A stretch of DNA of 61,603 bases, filler included, from Candidatus Delongbacteria bacterium (GCA_016937995.1; 6 parts of 6 records of this genome joined end to end with filler, not necessarily neighbours in it), one strand, 5' to 3'. Positions 51,464 to 61,602 are shown, numbered from the whole stretch's first letter. Translations and numbers: made by a program. Notes: a model not told the origin generated them from the sequence alone.

Positions 51464-51978
51464 CGTTTATTGTTCGGTCATACCCTTTATTTCAAANNNN
51501 NNNNNNNNNNNNNNNNNNNNNNNNNNNNNNNNNNNNNNNNTTAATTAATTAANNNNNNNNNNNNNNNNNNNNNNNNNNNNNNNNNNNNNNNNNNNNCAAT
51601 CTCATAAATTATTACGGATTTATGAATAAAAAGGTATGGAAAGCAGGTTAATTTTGCGCAGCCTGCCGTCCCTTTTGTACCTGCATGTGTCCCCCTCGTT
51701 TTTTTGGAAGTGTCAAATCCGGCACTCCTATTTTTTTTAAATCTTTATATAATCCCTACAAGCCTTGCTATCTTTAACCCCTGCAATAAGTTATAAGTTA
51801 TCTAACAGGCACCAATCAGGTTCATGGCTGAACAATCGTTAAACTATCGTTAAAAAGAACCGTCCCTTTTGTACCTCATTAGGGAACATATCCAAGATTG
51901 ACTGTCGTTTGGGAGAACTTATCAACTACCTATTTTTTAGGTGCTTATAAAAGTTCACTTGTAGCCCGTCATAATTAA

Positions 51979-53283
51979 TTATTCTACTTCTAATATGCTT
52001 TTTAATTTTGAGAGGTTTAACTCAATATCTTCTACATCAACAAAAAACAAATTTACAGTCGTCCCATCACCGCTTTCAAATTTTATATGACTCGTGTTTC
52101 TCATTTCGTCATTAATGGGATACAATAACCATATTTCTGCTGTTTCATATTTTTTGGAATAAGCATACATCTGATACATATCACTTTGAGAAATTCCATA
52201 ATTTGCTCTTTCATTATTAATAAGATTTTTCCACTTAGTATCCAGAATTATTGTTCGATCATTCTTTCTAAGAACAATATCCGGTCTTAATGCAAATTGT
52301 CTTCTCGGCTCAACAAACAGATAATGTCCTTTATCTTGGCTTGATATCTCCCAGCCACTTGGACGAAATACTTTTTTCATTTGTTGGGCTACATAACTTT
52401 CATAAACACTTTCCATAGGAAACAGTAACGCCCTTGATGTTGTATTGCCAGAAAACGTAGTAAAACTCTTATTCATAAGAAATACTTTTGACCATTGAAT
52501 TAACATTTCATAATCTTTTGTACTCCTATCTATAACAACTTTAGAAAAATCCTTCTGATAATCTGCAGATGATTCAACCAGCTCAAAAGCAGTAAGTAAC
52601 TGTCTTATTTCTTTTGAGTTTTCTGCACTCGTAGTTATCTTCTGGAGTTTCTCTAAAGTTGACTTCACTAGCTTATTTTCTGGCCTATTCATTAAGAACT
52701 CTTCATACCCTACATAAAAACGTTCTTTATGCACTAAATTGTTGCGTAAATGCTGTCCTACGAGAAGCTTTCCCTTGTAATACCGCAGATTATCCTCTTG
52801 TGAAATATACGCTGACTTAATGCCTCGTTTCACCAAATGTCGAACTTCCTGAAGATACATATTGATAAAAATTTCGTATAGATTCATATGATCTATTTTA
52901 AGACTGGCATCATTAAACACCTTACTTGGAAAGTCTTTCATACTACGTAACATTCGCAGAAAGACTCTCTTAGTCTTAACATTTCCTGGATCATCTCCAT
53001 CACCAAATGAAATCTTTGGAAGAACTTGTACCTGAAACCCATCCTTCATCTGAATTAGACCAACATAATTCTTGATGGTGATTGTCTCACCAACGTTCCT
53101 TCGATAACCTATACGCATAAAATCCAATACATCTGCATTTTCTTTACTTCCTGAAAATTCATAGATAAACGTTTCTAGGTTATCAAATTCCTTTTTAATG
53201 AGGTGCTTATATTTATTTTCATTTTTATAATCACTATTGCAGATAATTGAATCATATTCTTTTATCTCAAACGGTTTACCCAT
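51979..53283 (-). CDS. mcrC: McrC-family PD-(D/E)xK restriction nuclease
   Basis: NYVGLI, QVLPKI, LLFPME.VYESYV, LRPDIV...ILDTKWK and SDMYQMYAY. Confidence 0.92.
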   Translation of the reverse strand: MGKPFEIKEYDSIICNSDYKNENKYKHLIKKEFDNLETFIYEFSGSKENADVLDFMRIGYRRNVGETITIKNYVGLIQMKDGFQVQVLPKISFGDGDDPGNVKTKRVFLRMLRSMKDFPSKVFNDASLKIDHMNLYEIFINMYLQEVRHLVKRGIKSAYISQEDNLRYYKGKLLVGQHLRNNLVHKERFYVGYEEFLMNRPENKLVKSTLEKLQKITTSAENSKEIRQLLTAFELVESSADYQKDFSKVVIDRSTKDYEMLIQWSKVFLMNKSFTTFSGNTTSRALLFPMESVYESYVAQQMKKVFRPSGWEISSQDKGHYLFVEPRRQFALRPDIVLRKNDRTIILDTKWKNLINNERANYGISQSDMYQMYAYSKKYETAEIWLLYPINDEMRNTSHIKFESGDGTTVNLFFVDVEDIELNLSKLKSILEVE

Positions 53284-53299
53284 GTTATCTCACCACACT

Positions 53300-56200
53300 T
53301 TACAGTATCTCGATATAGCTTTGAATATTGGACAGGGCTTCTTTATTAATAGAGTATCTCTTTTCTGGCAAATCTATAATATCTTCAACATTACCCTTGA
53401 AAATATTCTTTGCAACCACTTTTTCATCTTTTATAAATTTCAAATCAGAATTTTCTTTACCATCATCACCCAGGACCATCTGGATTTTCTGGTAGTCTTC
53501 ATAAAAGTACTCCTGTAGTAAAGGAATTACTGATTTTTCAAAAATACATTTCAAACGTTCAATTGAAGCATCATCCTTTAAATCTGTAAAAAATGCATGG
53601 CCAATTGTATGTTCTCTATCATATAAGAAACCAATTCTTTCATTGATTACATCAAGCATATCTGCTACATTTAGATCTCCAACCTTGTCTGCTCCTATTA
53701 AACGTAATACGTCCGTTTCAGGCATCATTTCTATAAAGCTAAATCTTCTTCTTAGTGCCGTGTCCATCAGAGCAATGGATCTATCAGCAGTATTCATTGT
53801 TCCAAGTATATAAACATTTTTAGGGATACTAAAAGGATTCCCTGAATAAGGTAGTATAGCTTCAGTAGCTTCTGGCATTCCTTCTCGCTTTGTACACTCT
53901 AAAAGGGTAATCAATTCACCAAAGATTTTTGATATATTGCCTCTATTAATTTCATCAATTACAAATACATATGGTTTCTCATTTTGCTCAATTTCAGTGT
54001 TATATAGATCAGAATTATATTTTTTTGCTAAGGAGACGATGTCGCTTACCTGCATGACTGGAACACGAGCAACGGTCATCCTATGCAACATCCTATTCAT
54101 ATTAATGTCTTTTATATCTTCATCTATATGTGTTGCTAGCCACATTACATCTCTTGTAGTTGCATCATCTTCGCTATCAAGTGAATATGCTTCATCTTTA
54201 GTGATAAAGGCAATACCATTTATCTTACTTCTCGACCCGTCTGTGGTTATAATAATGTCACCAAGTTTCATGTCATTAACAAATGCTGAAGCACCTTTAC
54301 TCTCTATCCCCCAATCGATACGTACACGATTATTCTTAAAGCAGTCTTCGCTTACAGAATTACGCACTGTTGCTTTCCAAACCGATGCATCTTCTGGTAT
54401 ATCAAATTTATCCATTTTCACTTTTAATTTCTTTGCAGTTTCACAGAATTTTTTAAATATGCCTGGTGCAACCTTATAAGATACATCTCCGCTACCATCA
54501 GAACGTTCATCTGAGATAACAGGTTTAATACCTTCAATAAACTCTTCGTACCCATATGATTGATGGAATGTAGTAAACACAATGCGTTGCTCATTCTTTA
54601 ACTCGTTGTAACGTTTCATAACAGCATCATAATCGGTTAATTCATCCAAAGACTTATTGTCACAAATTGCAACTGCATATATAGCGGAATGATATGTTTT
54701 CCCTGTTCCAGGAGGTCCATATAGTATTAGATTTTTGTCATATACAATATCTTTAACTTCCAAACTTGTTAAATCAATTTTTGATAAATCCATCTCTTCT
54801 AATGCCTCCTTTAGCTCATCCCTAAGCTTCCATGAATATCTATTATTTCCATCTTCTTTCACATGTCTTCCGACAAAAGGAATTGGAAAATATCTATTCT
54901 CTTCTCCATCAGGAAATGGCGTGACATGTTCGATTGTATCTACAATTTTTTTCGCGAAATTACTTCCTCTCATATTATATGACGAAGCAGTTCTTCCATA
55001 TTTTTTTGCAAGATTGGAGCATGTTGATTCTCCGCCCTCAAGAAGCATACACTTGAACATTTTCAAATCTTCTTTACTACTGATTTCTTCGTTTAATAAA
55101 ATATTTAACCATTCTTCTTTACTAATGTTTGGGTTATATTCTTCTAAACTTGGCCAGTATGTTACGTTTTCAATTCCAAGAACATGCTCATAGTAAGGAA
55201 TCAATGCTTCAACAGCCTCAAGCATTACATTTTCATAGTCATCATTAGTGAACACATCCACCCATTCTTGAACTCTACAAAGCTTAACTTTTTTATATAC
55301 ACCATTAGTAATTTTGTGCTTTATATCCTCTACAGATTCATTTAGAACTCTTGTTGAACCAAGTTCACCGTTTCCTGAAACAAAAGCAAGGGTGTTTTCT
55401 GGATCAACTGGCAAGTCCAAAAAACTATGGTATTTTTTCATCTGATCCTTATCAGAATTTTCATTCTTTATTTCCAAACTAAAACGATACCTACTCTTAT
55501 TAGTTTCGTCAGACAGCTCCACAAAGATTGAGACACTAATAGGGTTATTCGCATACTGTCCATATTTCATCTGGGCCCATAAATAGTTTCTTGTTTTTGT
55601 GTTTGATCCGTCAAGCCATGACATCGTTTCACATTTATCTAACCCAAACAGTTCGTTACAAATAGCAACCATTTTTTTCATTTCAGCTACTGCAGCCTGC
55701 CCTTTACTTTTCAAATTTAGTAAACGTTGTTTTTCTGTCTCTTCAACCCCTGGAGCTTCAGGGTTTGAATAAGGAATATCTCGGTTGTTATCCAAATAAT
55801 CAAGAACGCCAATATAATCAATATCTGTCTGTGAGTATCCTTTACCTAAATTCCAAGCAGCCATGTCAAAAATTCTATAGTTTTTTATAGGAAATATTTC
55901 GTCTCTATATTTTTTTACTTGGCGACAGTTCCTTATATAAGTATGCACTTCTGTTTTCTTATCTAAATCAACGCCTAGATACACATATATATTGTCAGAG
56001 CCCATGTTGCTATTGAAAATCGGAAATGTAAACGGCTTTAAGCAGTGTAATACCATTGATGCAGATGCGGCTTTCATGCCTCGATATTTTTTATCCAGCA
56101 CTTTTTCAAATCTATCGAAAATCTGCTCATCATCTTCCATGTCAAGAATGTCTACACAGGCTTTAATGAATTTTGAGGGAGAAGTATTATCCGTTTTTCC

Positions 56201-56950
56201 TTTAAATGAAAAAAAACCAGTCCCAAACATTCCAAAAGACCCATCACTATTTGTATACTCTCTGCTTTGAGCTCTTTCCCAAATAACATCAAGCAAAGAC
56301 TTAAGTTTCTCTTTAGCTTCTTCAGGAAGATTACTTAAGTCAACAATTTTTTTCTTCGACAAAACTTTATGCTTCCATGTCCCTATCGTCATAAGATAAA
56401 CAAGATTTAAATCATTGTAATCACAAATACTTAGATCTCCCAGTTCTGCATATGATCTTATGGTTTCTTTAACAAGTTCATAAGTACCATCGTGCTTATA
56501 AGGATCCATTTCTTCAGAAGCTCTTAATTTTTGAATCAAGTCCATATATGTTTTCAATTGTATTGGAAGTCGTATTGGACCCTGTGGTGAAGAGAATCCA
56601 TAACTCTCTAATATTTTTCGAGAAAATAATTTTTCTGGAAATTCCTCTATCATTTCTAGTTCCATGTATCTTCCATAAGTTCCGTCAAATTCCCCTGAAA
56701 TGTTAAATTTACTATCATCAATATCCAGCTCTTTTATATTGACTTTATTTGCTCTACATTTAAAACGCACCGCCTGAATAGCATCAGAAACATAAATATA
56801 AACAATATCGCCTTCAGAAACATTCGTACTCTGCTTCCAATCTATTTTTCCTAGTTCAAGAAAAGCACCAATGACATCATACTTTTTCGGATTCCCTGGA
56901 ATAATCCATTCCGTTATTGCCTTCTCCTTAATGACCACATCATGGTTCAT
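53300..56950 (-). CDS. mcrB: McrB-family AAA+ GTPase with an extended multi-domain N-terminus (EVE/PUA-like)
   Basis: ILYGPPGTGKT, TFHQSYGYEEFIEG, IDEINRGN and GTMNTADRS; N-terminal WIIPGNPKKYD...GDIVYIY. Confidence 0.9.
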   Translation of the reverse strand: MNHDVVIKEKAITEWIIPGNPKKYDVIGAFLELGKIDWKQSTNVSEGDIVYIYVSDAIQAVRFKCRANKVNIKELDIDDSKFNISGEFDGTYGRYMELEMIEEFPEKLFSRKILESYGFSSPQGPIRLPIQLKTYMDLIQKLRASEEMDPYKHDGTYELVKETIRSYAELGDLSICDYNDLNLVYLMTIGTWKHKVLSKKKIVDLSNLPEEAKEKLKSLLDVIWERAQSREYTNSDGSFGMFGTGFFSFKGKTDNTSPSKFIKACVDILDMEDDEQIFDRFEKVLDKKYRGMKAASASMVLHCLKPFTFPIFNSNMGSDNIYVYLGVDLDKKTEVHTYIRNCRQVKKYRDEIFPIKNYRIFDMAAWNLGKGYSQTDIDYIGVLDYLDNNRDIPYSNPEAPGVEETEKQRLLNLKSKGQAAVAEMKKMVAICNELFGLDKCETMSWLDGSNTKTRNYLWAQMKYGQYANNPISVSIFVELSDETNKSRYRFSLEIKNENSDKDQMKKYHSFLDLPVDPENTLAFVSGNGELGSTRVLNESVEDIKHKITNGVYKKVKLCRVQEWVDVFTNDDYENVMLEAVEALIPYYEHVLGIENVTYWPSLEEYNPNISKEEWLNILLNEEISSKEDLKMFKCMLLEGGESTCSNLAKKYGRTASSYNMRGSNFAKKIVDTIEHVTPFPDGEENRYFPIPFVGRHVKEDGNNRYSWKLRDELKEALEEMDLSKIDLTSLEVKDIVYDKNLILYGPPGTGKTYHSAIYAVAICDNKSLDELTDYDAVMKRYNELKNEQRIVFTTFHQSYGYEEFIEGIKPVISDERSDGSGDVSYKVAPGIFKKFCETAKKLKVKMDKFDIPEDASVWKATVRNSVSEDCFKNNRVRIDWGIESKGASAFVNDMKLGDIIITTDGSRSKINGIAFITKDEAYSLDSEDDATTRDVMWLATHIDEDIKDINMNRMLHRMTVARVPVMQVSDIVSLAKKYNSDLYNTEIEQNEKPYVFVIDEINRGNISKIFGELITLLECTKREGMPEATEAILPYSGNPFSIPKNVYILGTMNTADRSIALMDTALRRRFSFIEMMPETDVLRLIGADKVGDLNVADMLDVINERIGFLYDREHTIGHAFFTDLKDDASIERLKCIFEKSVIPLLQEYFYEDYQKIQMVLGDDGKENSDLKFIKDEKVVAKNIFKGNVEDIIDLPEKRYSINKEALSNIQSYIEIL

Positions 56951-57060
56951 CCAAACACCTCTTTTCAATTAGTATCAACATAATTGCTTTTTGACTTTTA
57001 AAATCTCTGTAATTTTATTTTTCCTATTCTTCATGCTCAAACACCAATTTTATCTATCGA

Positions 57061-57255
57061 TCACTCATTCACCAATTTGAAGTTCTTTAAGTGCATCTGT
57101 AAAAGTGTCCTTTGTAAAGGGCTCTCGTTATACTCATCCCACAACGAAAGTGCTTCTTCATCTTCCCATAATTTTGTATAGGCTTTCAATCCATCTGATA
57201 GTTCTACCACATAGCTCCAGTAGTCGCCAAAGTAGCCTTCTGGGCTAATCATCAT
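57061..57255 (-). CDS. Small hypothetical protein or gene fragment
   Basis: AAGGAG RBS after the HTH gene; 64 aa; no recognisable family. Confidence 0.45.
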   Translation of the reverse strand: MMISPEGYFGDYWSYVVELSDGLKAYTKLWEDEEALSLWDEYNESPLQRTLLQMHLKNFKLVNE

Positions 57256-57270
57256 ATTAGACCGTCTCCT

Positions 57271-57495
57271 TTACTCGCTTCCTATCTTTATTTCCTTGCC
57301 ATCAGATAGAATAAAAGTCTGTTCAAACTTAACATCCATCACTTCTGCTATGGCCTTAAGTTCTTCTAAGGTAATCGTCTCACGCTTTAGCTTCTTCCCG
57401 AAGTTTTGTGGAGACTGGCCTATCCTTCTGGCCAATTCGGAAACGCTAATATTCATTTGTTCACACAACTGTCTTATCATATCAGAAGTTTTCAT
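57271..57495 (-). CDS. XRE-family helix-turn-helix regulator
   Basis: GGAGG RBS; ISVSELARRIGQSPQNF.KKLKR...TLEEL..IA. Confidence 0.85.
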   Translation of the reverse strand: MKTSDMIRQLCEQMNISVSELARRIGQSPQNFGKKLKRETITLEELKAIAEVMDVKFEQTFILSDGKEIKIGSE

Positions 57496-57704
57496 AATGA
57501 TCCCTCCACATATCAATAGGTAGTGTCAAGTTAGACACTCCTATTATTTATTTAAAGCTTATATTTTCAAGGGTTTCATTATTTTTTTAACAAAAATAAC
57601 AATGNNNNNNNNNNNNNNNNNNNNNNNNNNNNNNNNNNNNNNNNNNNNTTAATTAATTAANNNNNNNNNNNNNNNNNNNNNNNNNNNNNNNNNNNNNNNN
57701 NNNN

Positions 57705-57791
57705 ACTCTGTTTTCCTGTTTGACATTTCCCCTCCATTTTAGCCTTATATTTGTAATATAACACTTCGTGAGGGGACATATGTCACTATTT
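57705..57791 (-). repeat. 87-bp repeat identical to 13002-13088
   Basis: Identical sequence, again directly after the AAATAG end of a T9SS-CTD gene and ending at a contig break. Confidence 0.75.
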
Positions 57792-60700
57792 CAGCAACAG
57801 CATCTTCTTCGTACTTACTACTCTTCCATTTGCAAATAAAGAATAATAGAAAATACCATTTGATAACTTACTTGCATCAAATTTTACACTATGTTGTCCT
57901 ACACTTTGTGAAGCATTCACAAGTTCAGCAACTGCACTACCGTTTGAGCTATAAACTTTGATACTCACATTTGCATCCTGTGAAAGAGCATAGCTGATCT
58001 CAGTAGTTGGGTTGAAAGGATTCGGATAATTTTGATATAAAGTAAATTCAGAAGGTAAAGCAGTACTTATTATATCAGTTTTCTCACTAGTTTCTTCTTC
58101 TCCATTCAACTTTACAAGTAAATCACTTATAGTTGCAGAGTGATCTGTTTTACTTCTGTTCTTACTTTCAGCATCTTTCATCATATTAGCAATAGCAATA
58201 TCAATTTCTGCTAGGATGATTTCACCTTCTGATGTAGCTTCTGATTTCATTTCTTCAGCCAATGCGATTGCTTCATCATATTTCTTGGCTTTGATTTTTG
58301 TAGTAACTTTCATCTCTTTGTAGAACTTCTTATTGATTGTTTCATCATCTGAATCAATCTTTGAGTCATAAATCTTTACTAAAGGTTCAAGTTCCATCTC
58401 TTGTTTTGCATAGAGACTTGGAAGTTTCGCTAATGCAAGAATATATTCTTGGGATTGTAAACTATCAACTAAATCAGCATTCTTGTCAATTACAACCTCA
58501 AGTTTCTTAATTGCTTGGTCTAGTTTACCATCAATTTCAAATTTTACTGCTTGAGACAACATTCTTTCATCAAAACTTATTTGATTACCAGGTATTGGAT
58601 TTTGGACTTCATTAGTAAATTCTTCTGTTGCATAAGGATCATAGAATATTCTATATCTTTCGTAAAGATTGAAGAAATCTTCGTTAACTCTAAAATTACC
58701 CCAATAGTTATTTGTTGCCGGTATATCTACTCTATTCGGTAATTCTACTTTGGAAACTAAGTGGCTCTCTCCTACGATGCAAGGAACAACCGGGAATCCA
58801 TCAATGATATCTGAGTAGATGTTGTTTCTACCATTCTCTAAATAAGCACTTGCAGAATATTTAAGGAATATTTGACCAAGTCCATTATTGATAATATCAT
58901 TATTTTTACCTACTGGAGAATTCGTAATTAATTGAGGATACGCATTATATCCGGTAATATGTAATCCATATTCAAAATTATTTTGTATTGTGTTGCCCTT
59001 AATAAGAGGTAATCCTAAAATAATTTCGATACCATTGACATAATCTTGAATACTATTATCCATTATATATCCATAGGACGAAGTAAGCGATACTCCGTTA
59101 CCAGCACCGATTCCAATTAAAGTATTGTTGAAAATGTTATAATCATTACAATTTATCAACTCTACACCATTATCACACTCTGTGAAAGTAGAATACATTA
59201 TATTACAATTAACTGGTGTTCCACTCAAAGCTGTTTCTGCATTACTGACATTTGTGTAAGTTAAATTTATTACACTACCTACACCTGCCTTGATTCCTTG
59301 CCAAGTAGTTCCTTTAGCATCTTCATCATCTGCGATATTAGAAATATGGTCAATTGTTCCGTTAGAGTTTAGAGTACCATTAACTGTTATTTTCGATCCA
59401 ACTCCTACCGCAATATCTGATCCTGCTGGAAAATTACAAACAGATCCTTCATCAACTATTAATTCAGCACCTTGTTCTAATTTGATTTTTGAAAGCTCGT
59501 TTAGTGTAAAATTAGAGTTTTGGATTCTCAATGTCGAGTTTATGCCAATATCTATTAAACAATATTCAGAAGTTGAAAAATCACCATTTATTATGGCATT
59601 ACCATAAACGTTGATTTTTGTATTTGGAGTCATAGAATAATTTGGGATATCCTGAACATTCAATGTAGAACCATCTCTCATTTTTAAAATTGATAATTGA
59701 TCCATATTAAGTGTTAAGTCTGATGTCAAATTTAATGTTGCATCATTTTCTAGAACCAATTGAGAATAACCTTCAACATGTATATTTGAGTTGGAAAAAA
59801 TATTATTACCTGAAAGTTCAATTATCCCGTAATTCTCAGGAAGATCGTCAAAAGTATCTGCAACAAGATTAATATTTTCAAAAATACAGTCATTAAATGT
59901 CGAAGTAGCAACACTTGTGATTATATCTCTTTTATCACTACCTAATCCAATGATTTTAGTATTTTCATTTACGATGAAACCTTCTTCATTAAAATTTCTA
60001 AGAATTCCTACTTCATCAATCAATAAAGTTGAATTTGGCTGTATTTCAACAACAGGAGTTGACCATAGCCAAATTTGACCTGGTACTCCAACTATTCCTT
60101 TCAGCTCAGTGTTAAGGTAGAAGTCGTAAGCATATTCCCATAATCCATCAATCAATATTGTCGGATATTTCAAAGTTGTATGGTAACCAATATTTCCAGT
60201 ATCTCTTTTAACTGGTGCGTCTTCTTCAGATTCGTAATATTTTTCCCAAATTGAAGCTTCAGAAACAGTTACTATTCCATCTTCGTTAGAATCAGCATCT
60301 GAGAAAATAATATCATTATAATCACTATAATATATTTCATTACCTGCCGGCGAAAGACCTGTTGTAGCTGAATACATATGGAAATTAAATTCACCGTGCA
60401 TGTATTGGTTTCCATTTATCCATTCGTTTTCTCTACCCGGAATTTCAGCATATGTGTTAGTCAGATCATCAGCTCTAGTAGCAGGCCACATCCCAACGGC
60501 TGAAACGAAAAATGTATTATCTGCCTGCAGATCATCGGCAAATCCTCCTGAAAAACACTGCTGCATCCAATAAACTTTTTTATTGGCAATAATAGGATTG
60601 AAATAATCTGCGAAGTGCCTATCGGTCATATCGCCGTCAAGCAGACATAATTCCGAACCGCTAGAGGAATAGTAACTGCCGTGATCGAATGTCCATACAA

Positions 60701-61130
60701 AAAGAAAGTCATCTTCCGTAAGTTTACCCTGAAGCTCCAACGCGACATTTTCAACATTAGTAATTGTTGCAGCACTAGCATCACCCTTTGTGATAGTATA
60801 AGTATCAGAAAAACCTGCATGTACAGGCCTGTACCTTCCATCAACCCACACATTATCAATATAGAAATCCTGACCGTCTGCAAAAAGGACATGGATATTT
60901 TCATCCTTGTAACCTCTTTCGATCAGCATCTCCCACATCAGATAAGTGTCATTCCAGAATTCCTGCATAGGTAAGCTTTTATCCGTACTGTTGGTTTGCC
61001 ACAAAGCTTCTTCAGGGATGTCTTTGGCTGCGTAATCTCCGGTGATCAGAACCGCATATTTTTCTGCGGCATTCAGCATCGTCAAAAATGATGATGCGAT
61101 AATTAACAGAGTTGTCAGTTTCTTCAACAT
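57786..61130 (-). CDS. Secreted clan CD (C13/legumain-like) cysteine peptidase with beta-helix and T9SS-type CTD
   Basis: Signal peptide; YAVLITG; LFVWTFDHG and WMQQCFSGGF (His/Cys dyad); C-terminal LYQNYPNPFNPTT...KKMLLLK. Confidence 0.82.
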   Translation of the reverse strand: MLKKLTTLLIIASSFLTMLNAAEKYAVLITGDYAAKDIPEEALWQTNSTDKSLPMQEFWNDTYLMWEMLIERGYKDENIHVLFADGQDFYIDNVWVDGRYRPVHAGFSDTYTITKGDASAATITNVENVALELQGKLTEDDFLFVWTFDHGSYYSSSGSELCLLDGDMTDRHFADYFNPIIANKKVYWMQQCFSGGFADDLQADNTFFVSAVGMWPATRADDLTNTYAEIPGRENEWINGNQYMHGEFNFHMYSATTGLSPAGNEIYYSDYNDIIFSDADSNEDGIVTVSEASIWEKYYESEEDAPVKRDTGNIGYHTTLKYPTILIDGLWEYAYDFYLNTELKGIVGVPGQIWLWSTPVVEIQPNSTLLIDEVGILRNFNEEGFIVNENTKIIGLGSDKRDIITSVATSTFNDCIFENINLVADTFDDLPENYGIIELSGNNIFSNSNIHVEGYSQLVLENDATLNLTSDLTLNMDQLSILKMRDGSTLNVQDIPNYSMTPNTKINVYGNAIINGDFSTSEYCLIDIGINSTLRIQNSNFTLNELSKIKLEQGAELIVDEGSVCNFPAGSDIAVGVGSKITVNGTLNSNGTIDHISNIADDEDAKGTTWQGIKAGVGSVINLTYTNVSNAETALSGTPVNCNIMYSTFTECDNGVELINCNDYNIFNNTLIGIGAGNGVSLTSSYGYIMDNSIQDYVNGIEIILGLPLIKGNTIQNNFEYGLHITGYNAYPQLITNSPVGKNNDIINNGLGQIFLKYSASAYLENGRNNIYSDIIDGFPVVPCIVGESHLVSKVELPNRVDIPATNNYWGNFRVNEDFFNLYERYRIFYDPYATEEFTNEVQNPIPGNQISFDERMLSQAVKFEIDGKLDQAIKKLEVVIDKNADLVDSLQSQEYILALAKLPSLYAKQEMELEPLVKIYDSKIDSDDETINKKFYKEMKVTTKIKAKKYDEAIALAEEMKSEATSEGEIILAEIDIAIANMMKDAESKNRSKTDHSATISDLLVKLNGEEETSEKTDIISTALPSEFTLYQNYPNPFNPTTEISYALSQDANVSIKVYSSNGSAVAELVNASQSVGQHSVKFDASKLSNGIFYYSLFANGRVVSTKKMLLLK

Positions 61131-61314
61131 TTTGTTTCTCCTTTCATTACGTTTTCTGTTGAGTTACCGACTTTTACCTCTTATATTTGTATATAGGAGG
61201 TAAAGGCAGTAACCGGTCATTGTTTTCCGTAAGTTACTTGTCAGGTAGCGCTCACGGTTGAATCTGTGGTCTGTTTTCTTCCATTTACCTCCTGTCTTAT
61301 TATTTTCTGCCTAT

Positions 61315-61602
61315 TTACTTCAAGAATAGCATTTTCTTTATATCTTTCGTAATTCCATCTACCTTAAGCTGATAATAATAAACACCCGAGTTGAGTTTTG
61401 ATGCACAATAACTCATACTATGTACACCCTTGCTCATTTTCCGCTTTATCATTGAATCAACCTGCTCGCCTTTTGAATTATAGACAATCAATTCAATTTC
61501 AGCGGTTCCTTTTAAGGAAAATGAAATCACAGTTTCATTATTGAACGGGTTCGGATAGTTCTGGTACAGTTTGATATCAGAGATAATACACGGTTCTTCT
61601 TC
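61315..61602 (-). CDS. 3' end of a T9SS-type CTD protein (partial, continues beyond the window)
   Basis: Frame open to the window end: EEEPCIISDIKLYQNYPNPFNNETVISFSL...SGVYYYQL...KKMLFLK. Confidence 0.85.
   Translation of the reverse strand, partial: EEEPCIISDIKLYQNYPNPFNNETVISFSLKGTAEIELIVYNSKGEQVDSMIKRKMSKGVHSMSYCASKLNSGVYYYQLKVDGITKDIKKMLFLK

Larger units (their letters stand above)
49629..51496 (-). mobile_element. Diversity-generating retroelement core (TR-spacer-avd-RT)
   Basis: Co-oriented TR, avd and RT. The target gene is not in the window; the contig ends 33 bp upstream of the TR. Confidence 0.9.

Noticed and set aside
51249-51552. Poly-Q, poly-L and poly-C ORFs (51249-51440, 51294-51548, 51349-51552)
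   Set aside because: Alternative-frame readings of the AAC-rich DGR template repeat.
48889-57604. A single defence island combining the DGR, TA pair and McrBC
   Set aside because: An artificial linker at 51497-51596 separates them, so adjacency is unproven.
223-60974. Numerous short ORFs antisense to or nested within the called genes (e.g. 39392-39943, 53937-54479)
   Set aside because: Shadow ORFs of well-supported genes, with no independent motifs.
61230-61260. GTCAGGT as part of an SRP (4.5S) RNA
   Set aside because: The conserved CCGGAAGGAAGCAGC continuation is absent.
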